From: Tubulanus polymorphus
Taxonomy: Eukaryota > Animalia > Nemertea
Reading direction: 5' to 3'
DNA: 64,000 nucleotides
Assembly (NCBI RefSeq): GCF_964204645.1
Contig: NC_134030.1
Coordinates: 22,094,210 to 22,158,209 of the forward strand
The notes beneath the pieces are model-generated. The model was not told the origin of the DNA, ran no database searches, and worked only from the letters and a program-made list of their open reading frames with translations. The position numbers were made by a program, and so were the translations under genes. This document shows positions 49,927 through 61,900 of this stretch, in pieces (the stretch's first letter is position 1; each line of letters starts with the position of its first letter).

Positions 49927-52900
49927 TCACACAAATTCCAGCGCGGGTTTGTTCTGAAAAGAAAAGAAGAGAAAAAATTTTAGAGAGGTTTTCATACCGA
50001 CTTCTTTTAACCTTAGCAGATTCACGCTGGAGATACTTTGATGATTTGGAGGAAATTTCACCACAATGCCGTGTACAATAGACACACAGCTGTATTGTGT
50101 CTATCCCACAGTGCAGTGTATAACCACTAAATCATGTCTACGCAGCAGCCTGGTGTATAGCCAGGACCTTTCAATATTCGAGATTTTAACCAATCGTAAA
50201 TGACATTGATACACTGCACTGCAGGGTAGGCAAAATAAAGGATGGATGGATTGTACACTGCATGATGAGCCGAGCGCACTGTCAATTGCATTTACCCCAT
50301 AGCGCAGTGTATAAAAGATTTACCACTATATCGAATCTATCCCGCAGTGCGATGTGTAATAAATGGACTGCTGTATTGCATTTTACCTGCAGTGTATTGT
50401 TAGTTAATAATTATGAATACATCGCACCACAGGGTAGCCAAATGGTGGATGGATTACATACTGCCCCGCGAGGGACACAAACTGAAATAGGGTTAAGGGT
50501 GCTGAATTCTCAAGTGGAGCGGTCTGTTTGTTTAGCTACATAAAACTCGAACCTTTCTCCTCAATTTTTTGTGTCTCGATCCATCGCCGTCTGCTTTCGT
50601 CGCTGCCGCCAGGGGGCGTTTTCTCGCCTGTTTCCGCGGTGATCGTCTCGGTGCACTGTCGGCCATGTCTGAGACTGGAATCGACGCAAAAAATAATTCG
50701 ATGTAAAATACAAAATAAAATTTCAGGTATTATTTTGCAGACGCTGGGCATGTGTCGAAAACAAGGATCAACACTCCTTAAAACTGGTTTCAACTTCCGA
50801 CCAAATAACTGCTCTATATTCTGGGTTTAACTTTCAGTGCGGTGTATGAATCGGTGATAGATTTTGCTAGTACACCGCACTGCGGTGTATTGATGTAATT
50901 AGTAATTATATCTCTTGAAAAATGGCAGCACCTGTCAAACATAGTGAAATATCAGTAACTAACGATACACCGCGCTACTGTGTAGACGCACTATACTGGT
51001 ATTCCCGTTGTTCAACACACTAGGGCGGAATTATTCAAAATTTTCAAATTATCTCCATCACTATAGGGTATCAATAAGTCAGCACTGAAAGGGTTAAGGA
51101 AACTGATAATTTGAGAAACTGGTCTAAAGATTCGAAGTCCATCTAATTTTTATCTAGACCCTGGCTTCTCGTTGAGATAAAAACTGCCCTTTTGAAATTC
51201 ATGCTGAAATCCACCCTCCTAAAAATCCGTTTTTAAAACCAGTTTATACTCCAGGGCTGGGTTTCATAAATGTAGGCCCAGTTTCACGAAAAAGTTTAAG
51301 CCTAAAACGGTTAAGTTTGAATTGTTGAATTGTTGTCCTGCCATTTACCACCACCACCAAAATCGTTCTGCACCGATGCGGGCGCAGTATATCGGGGGCT
51401 GACTGTACTCATTTTTATGAGTTATCAGCTCATGTTCATTTCATACTGATGTAAAGGTGCACTGATTATAATTAGTAGAAGTGCCCGCCCTAGATTAGAA
51501 AATAAACTATCATTATTATCATTAATTAGACCTAATTCTATTATACCTGGTTGTTCCGTGTTTGACTGCGAGGTGTCGCTCTCTAGTGACTGTTCACCGC
51601 TGAAACGCTCGGTCCACAGTTTTTTCGGTGTCCGTACGCTGCTAACAGGCGGCGCCACTGAATCTGTTCGCCTCGAGTCCTGCGTTTTGCGGGACTGCGA
51701 AATTTCAACGTTATAGATTTTTTTCTCGTCCGGCGTTTTACAAATTCTCTTTGTCGGCTGCTCGGGCGTCAGTTCGGAATCGTCGTCGTCAGAATCAGCC
51801 ACGTCCGAATTGCGGAACGTTTTGTGAAGTTCCACAATTTCAGATTCGATATCGTCATTTTTTCTAGCCGACATTTCCCTTGTAGACGTTCGACTAGCCG
51901 ACATTTCCTCCGGCACAGGCGACATTTTCTCGCGTGACATTGTTCGATTCCGACCGCGAGTTACGTTCGTATTTCCGGCCGACATTGCGACATTTCGTTT
52001 AAGTTTTACGAGAATCGAAGCGAACTCTTCGAGCGATGACGTCTGCGCGTCGACGCCCCCTGGCGGTGAACGCGAACACTTTTTACCGGTCACCGGCGCC
52101 CGATTGGTCGGAATTGTTTTTAAGTAATTCGAAAGATTCTCCGTATTTGAATTTTTCCGATGATTCGTTTCGATGACGACTCGTTTTCGATTCCTCGTCC
52201 CCGTTTTCGACGGGGTATTCCGAGGCGAGCGGACGTCGATGTCGGATTCGGACTCGGCGACGAATTCCGGAGACGAAGCTTTCAAAGTTTCGATCGAAGA
52301 ATCGCTGATCGCCAAACGATAGCTTTCACTTTCCAAAACAAACATGTCCGCCGTTTCGAGTGGATCGTTTGTCTCGGGTGAATCGGATAAACCGAGATCA
52401 ACCGTCTTGGGTGGAGTAAACATATCACAGTTATTGTCGAGCGCGGGTGGAATTTCATCCACCGATTCCACTGACATCGCTCTCGCTTCCAGGCGATCGC
52501 CGCTTGATAATCCAGTTTTTCCTTCTCCGTCGCGCAGAGGAGCGACAACAGCTGCCGGAACAGGAGCAGCTGCAGGAGAAGCAGCCAGAGCTGGAGCAGA
52601 CGGAGGAGCAGCCGGAGCTGGAGCAGCTGGAGAAGCAGATGCAGTTGGAGCAGATGGAGAAGCAGCCGGAGCTGGAGCAGCTGGAGAATCAGCCGGAGTT
52701 TGAGCAGACGGAGGAAGAGCAGCCGGAGTTTGAGCAGACGTTTTCACCGGTGATTTCATAATAACCGATTCGTCGAAATCTGAACCGGATTCCGAAATCA
52801 AACATTCAATCACAACTTTCTCTCTTTTCTTCTTCTCTTTCTTCTTCTTTCGGTTCTTCTCTCTTTCGATCGAGGGTTTTTTAGGTGAACCACCGTTTTT

Positions 52901-55900
52901 TTTCGAAGAAGACGAACGTCTTTTTTTGCCGCTTTTTCCATGTTTTGAAGAAGAAGATTTCTTCTTTTTCTTTCGTTTATTTCTCGACAAATTCATCTCA
53001 TCCGGGGTTTTCCCTCCATCGATTCCGGCAGCGCCGTCGATCAGAATTGTCGCTACCTCGGCGACAATCTCCGAGCGGGCAGCGCTCGAACCGGTGGCTC
53101 CATCTAGCTGCTCATCGAGTTGTTCAAACGGACGGATTATTTCCGGCGCTTGCGTCAGTAATCGCCGCGCCTTCGATAACCACGGCACGTTCGTGCGGAC
53201 TTTCTTTGGACTCGAATTCACGACGAACTCCGGCTCCGATTCCGTATCCGTCAAATCCGGTAAGATTCTGTCGTCAAGACAACAATCGCCATCTCCAGAA
53301 TCACAAATCGCGCTTTTTTCAGGAGCTTTTGAATTTTGCTCGACAACATTTTTTTCATCCTGAACTACCGATATTCGTTCCTCCGATTCATGATTCGGCA
53401 ACGAATCGTTGATTCCATCCTCCGCTGCGGTTGTCGTGTCTCCTGAGTATCGTTTAGCTTTAGTTTTATCGACTGATGAACAGTTTTTATCATTAAACCA
53501 GGTCGGTTTTCGAATTTGAACCGTCATCGGTTTCGGTGAGGTTTTATTCTTCGCACTGCTGCGCACCTGCTTACAATCTGTAGATACAGGTACCTGCTTG
53601 TTGGCCTGCACCAGCGCACAGTCTGTAGACACCGGTACCTGCTTGTTGGCCTGCACCTGCGCAAAGTCTGCAGACACCTGATCACCCGCTCGCGCCTGAA
53701 ATGTTTTAGATTTCGTATTCTTAATACCTTCGATGATTTTCTCCAATTTAGATTTTGATCCCGTACGACAGTTCCGTTTACTATCACCAGGTGGCTTCAC
53801 GCCTGTCCGTTTAACTGAAGAACCACCAGGTGGCGTCTTCGATTGAACTTTCACTACCTTTAAACTTTCTCCACCAGGTGGCTCTGATAATATTTGGTCA
53901 TTAGGTGCATGCTCCAGATGGACAACATTAGTGTCTTCTGCTGAGCAGTTCACATTATCACCACTAGGGGGCTCTGGATGCACAATTATAGTATCTGTCA
54001 CTGTAAGATCAGTGTTTGTCACTTTAAGCTTTACATTTTTCCCACTAGGGGGCTCTGGATTTACAAAATCAGGGTTTTTCACCGTAAACTTCACACTTTT
54101 CCTAACAGGGGGCTCTGGATGAATGCAATCGGCATTTTTGACTTTGAGCTTGGCATTTCGTCCACTAGGGGGCGATGGAGCGACGCTATCAATATCTTTC
54201 GTCGATGAACGTTTCACATTTCCTCCGCTAGGTGGAGTTTGAGATAACCGAAGCGCGTTAATACTGTTCATGAATTCATCGACTTCGCTGCGTTCCGATT
54301 GACTTGCGTCCGGTCGACTGGTTTCCGATCGACTGGTTCCTGATCGACTCGTTTTCGATCGACTCGTTTTTCGGCGACTGGTTTTACAACGAATTTTCTC
54401 GGTGGGAGGTTTTTTGGACCGATTCGAAGACGGCACTGAACGAGCGACGACTTTTTGTGAATCTCGCGATTCGCGCGTTTTATTCAAGTTGATCAGTCGA
54501 CTCAACGGCAACAAGTCGTCCTCGGAATCATCACTAGATGGCGCTCCGTCAACCGGTAAATGATCTGTTTTATTACAAGAGGGCGCTCTATCCACAGGTA
54601 GTTTACCTATTTCATCACCAGATGGGTCTCCATCACCGGCGACTTGTAGTTTATCAGTGTTATCGCTAGATGGCGCTCTATCCACTGCTAGTCTATCTAC
54701 TTTATCACTAGATGGCGCTCTATCACCTGCGACTAGTAGCTTATCAGTTTTATCGCTAGATAGCGCTCTATCCACTGCTTGTCTATCTATTTTATCACTA
54801 GACGGCGCTCTATCCCTCGCGACTGGAAGTTTATCCCTTTTATCACTAGATGGCGCTTTGTGTGGTGATTTCCGCACGACCGAAATGAAATGTTTTTTGA
54901 CGCAATCGCCGGGAATCGCGGAACCGCGACTGCGCGTATTACGACACACTTGGTCGTCGACGTCTGCTGATGATGTCATCGATTGTTGTGTGGCTTCGCG
55001 AATCGCCGCGTTCAAAACTTTCATACATTTCCCTTTCGATTTGAATGGAAACGATTTCGGTTTCGAGGCCGATTTACCGCCGTCGCCGCCGTTGTTGTCG
55101 TCCGTGATGACCGCTCGTATTTGCGGATTAATATGCGCCGCGGTTGCCGTCGGTTTTGCGATGGTCGAAACTACTTTCTTCTGCGGAGAATCGAGCAGCG
55201 ACGCGATTTCGCTCAATAAATCGAGGTTTTTCGTGTACAAGTCGTTCGACGCGATTGGAGCAGTCTGAGTCGGAGCGGACGGATTCGGAGCAGTCCCATT
55301 TAGATCAGACGGGATTGGAGCAGTCCCATTTAGAGCAGACGGATTCGGAGCAGAACTTACTCGAGCAAAACTAAGCTCAACTGGAGCAGATCCAATCGGA
55401 GCCGTCCCAACTGGAGCGGAAGCCGACCGCTTCAATCTCGGAGACGCAAGTATCCGAGCGAGGACGTCGGGACGCTTCGGTGATAGTAACAATTCACCCG
55501 CCGCGGCGGCCGCGGAGGTGACTGCTGGGTCATCGCCGGGGACGATATCCAACGCCGACAGAATATCGCCGAGAATATTGCTGTTATCGTCTCGCGACAC
55601 TTCCATGACGACCTGATTGACCAGATCGTCGCTCGTGTTATCGCAACGAGGCTTCGGTCGAATTTTACGAAGTCCGCGGCGTTTCGGCCGAGGTTTAGTT
55701 TTAACCGCGTTACCGCCGCCGGCGTCCGCGTTGAAATCGAGTGATTTCGCGCACATGGCGACGCCGGTATTGTTGTTGTTTTTATTGTTGCGATGCGTTT
55801 CGGGTTTGTTTAAAACGTTGGACTGTTCGACGGACTGGTACCGCTGAGGTGACGCCAGATCCAGCAACGCTTTCAAATCTGAAAAACAAAACAAAAAAAT

Positions 55901-58900
55901 TGAAATCAACCCAAAACTGATTAGCATAAAATATGTTGCTATGTTTTCTAATTTATGCGCATAACTTACTCGGCGACCAATCGCAATTGATCAAATTTGG
56001 AATCAATTTTTCGGGAGTTTTTATGTTCATCACAGCCGCAACATCTAAAATTAACATCATATCTCAATTAGTAAAAGCTTCTAATGATGATGTCATAGGA
56101 GGATTTATGGGGAATTCTTTCTGTTATTTGACGGGATTTTTGGAGTTAGCTATGTGTGATGTCATACAGAGGGATTTATGGAGACACTGATGATGTCATA
56201 GAGGGATTTATGGAGGCATTGATGATGTCATAGAGGGATTTATGGAGGAGACACTGATGATGTCATAGAGGGATTTGTGGAGGAGACATTGATGACGTCA
56301 TAGAGGGATTTATGGAGGCATTGATGATGTCATAGGGGGATTTTTTGAGGCATTGATGATTTTTATGATGTCATAGAGGGATTTATGGAGATTTCTATCC
56401 GTTATTTGATAGAATTATTTGGAGTTAGCTATGTGTGATGTCATAGAGGGATTTATGGAGACACTGATGATGTCATAGAGGGATTTATGGAGGCATTGAT
56501 GATGTCATAGAGGGATTTATGGAGGAGACACTGATGATGTCATAGAGGGATTTGTGGAGGAGACATTGATGACGTCATAGAGGGATTTATGGAGGCATTG
56601 ATGATGTCATAGGGGGATTTTTTGAGGCATTGATGATTTTTATGATGTCATAGAGGGATTTATGGAGATTTCTATCCGTTATTTGATAGAATTATTTGGA
56701 GTTAGCTATGTGTGATGTCATAGAGGGATTTATGGAGGCATTGATGATGTCATAGAGGGAATTATGGAGGAGACATTGATGATGTCATAGGGTGAATAAA
56801 GACTTACCGTTATGAGTTTTCTCCAGTAACGAGACTGTTGTTGTTGTTGTTGTTTTGTGTTTTGTTGATGTTGTTTTTTTAACGGGAGGCGGCGGAGGTT
56901 CGGGCAGCGTTACAGAATCTACGAATTTCGAATTACTCGGCGAGTTGGAGGTGACGCGAGTCAAGGCCACACGACGAGGAGGAGGAGGAGGAGGAGGCGG
57001 AGGAGGTCTCGATGATCGACTGTTCTTACGTAAACTACCGCTACCAACTTTATAATCCAAGGCAGACGGCTTCGATTCAACAATCCGCTCGCTAGATGGC
57101 GCCGGTAGTATAAACTGAGATTTATTCGCGGTCACTTGCGGCGTCTGCTGTGGTACGACGGGCATCGTCGTCATGGTAACCGGTGGCGCTTGTTGTAGAA
57201 TAATTATCGTAGGTGGCGCCGGTAATGATGCGATTGCGTTCTGAATCGGTACCGCGGCCGTTGCTACCGAAACGTTAACCGGCCGCGTATCGATTACGTT
57301 CGAAGTGTAACTAGTTACCGCTGATGTCGTCTGCGCGCGTGTATTATCCGTGTAACTAACGGCAGCACTTTGTTGATATCCCGACGCGACCCAGTCTTGT
57401 TGCGCCGTGTAACTCATAGCCGCAGCGCCCCCTGGTAGTGGACCATTTAAATGCTCCTCGATGAATTCGGTGTCGAAGCTGACGTCATCGGCGGTGGTGG
57501 TAAGTGGAAAATGCGTATTCGGATTGGTGTCCGGCGAGCATCCGATGAGGTGTTCGCGGTGCGCCGCCTCAACCGATGACAACATCTGCGGCGACATGAC
57601 GCGTAACAGAGCCTCGGCCTGAGTCTGCGTGACGATCTCGTGATTAACTCCCGTCGGAGGCGTAGGTGGCGCCGTCGTCGGTGAACACGCCGAGTACGTC
57701 TGCCGTATCGGAATGAACGGCGATTGTGGAGCGCAGCCCGGTGAGGGAGCCAACCTCGATAATGGAGATGGAGCCACCCCAGGCGACGGGGCTACGATGG
57801 ATGTATTCATAACGTCCTGATATGCAGCAGGTGATGGTACAGCAGCCGGCGACATGATTCCACCACCAGGGGGCACTACGAACTGATTCGGTGCTGGTGA
57901 CACTATTCCACCACTAGGGGGCGCTGCAAATTGTTGATTCTGAGCAGATGCCACCATTCCACCAATAGGTGGTGCTACAAATTGATTCTGAGAACCCACC
58001 ATTCCACCAGAAGGGAGCGCTACAAACTGTTGATTCTCAGCAGACGCCACTGTTCCACCACAAGGTGGCGCTACAAATTGTTGATTCTGAGCAGACGCAA
58101 CTATTCCACCACTAGGGGGTGCTATGGCCTGTTGAACAGAAGATCCAGTAGGTGGCAGTAGTGACGCTTTATGATTTTGAATAGTCGGCACTAAACCGGC
58201 GAAACTAATATTCAAACGAGCGTCTGCCACATTGTTGTTTCCAACGACAAGCGGAGAATTCAAATTCGAACACTGATCGCTTGCAAATTTCTCGAAATTA
58301 AAACCCGTCTCGGCAGCTGTCGCCGCCGCTGTTGTCGCCGTGGTTACAATATCTCCGGCGGCCATTGTTGTGAACGCGTCTTGAGTGTCGAGTAAACCGC
58401 ACGTAAACGCTGTCGTCTCGATAACAGTCGGAGCTGTAACGGATTTTTCAACTTCGTGTCGTTTTTGTTCCTCGTTTCGAGCCTCGGAGTTCGGCTGTAA
58501 ATCAATAGAGTCATCAGGTGCTGCCACCTGTACAGATTCAGTGTCATTACAGGTAACCTCTCCCACAGGTGCTGCCACCTTTAGATAGTCTGCTTCCTGA
58601 GTTGACGCGAGTATATAAGAGTTCCCAGCAGGTGCTGCCGCCTGCTGATCAATTGTATCGAACGACTTCAGTCCAACGCTTTCTCCAGCAGGTGCTGCCA
58701 CCTGGTGTTCATTAGTCTCACCAGACTCGAGTATAACAGAGTTTCCAGCCGGTGCTGCCACCTGCTGGTAATTCACATCTACCGTTTCTTGCATAACACC
58801 AACTCCAGCAGGTGCTGCCATCTGGTGATTGTTTGTATCGACAGTTTTTGGTAGAACGCCGTCTGCAGTAGGTGCTGCCATCTGATGTTCATTCATATCA

Positions 58901-61900
58901 TAAGCCTCCGATATAATCGAGTTTCCATCGGGTGCTGCCACCTGGTGACCATTCGTTTGAACCGCTTCGACGTAAACAGACGTACCGCCCGGAGAGGACG
59001 TTATCGATATCGGAATGATTTCGCCGTCACCAGGCGGCGCTGCTGGACTCGACGGTGGCTGCGGATCGGAAACTATTTCAGCACCTGAAAGATAATTGAC
59101 AAAACTTCTTGAGTTTATAAACGAATTTCACGCTAAAAATTCCATTTCTTTGAGATTCTGAATCGGCAGACGATAAAATTGAAACATTTCTCGGTTAAAC
59201 TAAACTCATATCTAGGATGCAAACTTTAACTGCCGGCGACAGGAAGATATCTCATTGCTCCAATCCCCCCTCCCTTGTAGCTGATTCTTTCTATTCACAG
59301 TAGATATTTGCACATGGGAATGGCCCAGTTCCTGATTGGCTGGCAATGTGAACAAACTCAGCTTCATTTTCACTGCTCATTGGTCAATGTCGAGCGAAGG
59401 CTGACAACGTAATAGCTTCAGTTCAAACCTACGAGTAAACTCGTAGTTGCAATAGAGGGCAGCACTGTATCAACATGGCAGTATATCTCTACGCATAGAT
59501 AGTCAAAATAAGTCACTTTGTTATTTCTGTTAGTTCATTTAAACAAGTTTATTGTGTCATTGAATTTGTAAATTTTCCACCGTGTTATAAAATCTGTAAA
59601 ATATGTGTCGTCCCTCAATTACCTGTGTGTTTTAGAGTAAAAAAAAAAATAAATAAATAAATAAACAAGCAGCAAATGTTGTCCGCCACGTCAGGAGAGT
59701 TACCTATTTCGAATAGATTGAACAGCTCATCAAACGCCGGGTCCAACTTCGCTTCTTGAATCACGTTCGTAATATCGTCCGACGTCATTTCCTGCGACGT
59801 CAGAAAATCGTCGAGCGTCGTCGTCGTCGTCGGCATCCTCGTGGCCGTCGAGATAGTCGCTGCGCCACCTGGTGGCGGATCTTTAACGACGACTTTGTTG
59901 ATGGTTTCGGCGAGTCTTTCCTGCAGCTTCTTATCGGCCAACATTCGTTCGACGACCGACTGTAACAAACAGAAAACAAATTGAAAACTCAATGATGAAA
60001 TGTGGCTTCATCCAACAAGATAAAATGTCAATAGACATTGAAACACGGGTTCCCTTCAGATGAGTTTTAACAGGATCTCTACAGATAACAGTCATTCCTG
60101 GATATGAGTTTAGATGGGGTCCCTACAGATCAGTCTTACCAGGATAAAAGGAGTTTTAAAGGTGAAAATTTCAAATTTCGAGGAAGCGTCAGAATCACTT
60201 TCATATCCCAATTTCAGGAGACTCCTCCTAAATCAGTGCACTTTATTTCAGTAAACCAGTAATTCAGTAGTTTTTTTGTAAGCAAATTTTTATCCTTAAA
60301 ACTGCATAATTGGGTAAAAAAATCCTAATTGTTGACTGATTTAGGCATAGTTCACAGTCCGTACAACACAAACATTTCCAATCTCCTATTTCTCAAAATT
60401 GCAGTTTTTAAGTAGTTTTGGCATTTAGCTCAAATGAAAGGAGTTTCTATATAGGTATTTCTATATAGGCAAAGGAGTTTTTAAGGAATCAAGGAGTCGC
60501 AGTGACCCTCTAAACTTACTGAGACTTTTTCCGGGTGTATCGACTCATTGCTGTCGCATTTCAATTTACGCTTGACCTCTGTGCGTTTACGAGGCGTGTG
60601 CCTAAAAAATATATCAATTCAATATTACATCGTGATGCGATGTACTAACAAAATCCATCACCTATTTATACACTGCACTATGGTGAAAACGTTTTCCTTA
60701 AAATTCTGGGAAAGGTTTTTCAATAATAATTGATTAGAATCGGGTTTAGGGTTAACTAAACAGATTTGAATTCCAAGTCAAACTTAAGCAGTAACTTATT
60801 CAAGTGGGAACTTTTCCTTGCATTTCTCGTTTCATTGGTTTGTGTTAAAATTAGTTCATCGTAATCATTTTCAAACTTTTAGAGTCATAATTTTTTCGCG
60901 AATGTTTCGTTCGTTCATGAATAACTTTTCGAAATCGCGACAAAAACTTACTTTTTGCGCTTAGGTGTGCGTAACAGATTATCAGCGTCTGCGGGCTGCG
61001 TCAAGTCAATTGAAAAGGAAAAGCTGTCCACGCTCGCCGTAGCTAGTACGTCGTCTTCTGGTTGTGATTTCGATAGTTTACAGGTCGATGGTTGTTCGAT
61101 TGACTCAACTGTTCCTTCCAGAGCTGAAAAAATCATTCAAATAAATCCAGTTCAACAAAGAGGACAAGAATGAACAATGGATTTGTTAGATTAGTTTTAG
61201 GATCCGCGTAGTCCTGGAGTTTTTCGATGTATTTTAGGACAACATTCACCAACTTGAGTGATATCCGAATTGGATCGTACAGTAGACTCAGCTCAAGTCA
61301 GATCTATCGACTTGAGAGTGATATCTGAGTTGGATGATACAATAGACTCCGCGCAAGTCTGATCTTTTGACTTGACAGTGATATCTGAATTGGATGATAC
61401 AGTAGACTCCACTCAAGTCGGATCTTTTGACTTGACAGTGATATCTGAGTTGGATGATACAGTAGACTCCGCTCAAGTCAGATCTTTTGACTTGAGAGCG
61501 ATATCTGAGTTGGATGATACAGTAGACTCCGTTCAAGTCTGATCTGTTGACTTGAGAGTGATATCTGAGTTGGATGGTACAGTAGACTCCGCTCAAGTCA
61601 GATCTATCGACTTGAGAGTGATATCTGAATTGGATGATACAGTAGACTCCGCTCAAGTAAGATCTTTTGACTTGAGAGTGATATCTGAGTTGGATGGTGC
61701 AGTAGACTCCTCTCAAGTCAGATCTATCGACTTGAGAGTGATATCTGAATTGGATGATACAGTAGACTCCTCTCAAGTCAGATCTTTTGACTTGAGAGTG
61801 ATATCTGAATTGGATGATACAGTAGACTCCGCTCAAGTCAGACCTTTTGACTTGAGAGTGATATCTGAGTTGGATGATACAGTAGACTCCGCTAAAGTCA

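Noticed and set aside
52160-59965. Plus-strand ORFs of 60-200 aa overlapping the NPAT exons
   Set aside because: Antisense shadows of GC-richer coding sequence with no recognisable domains.
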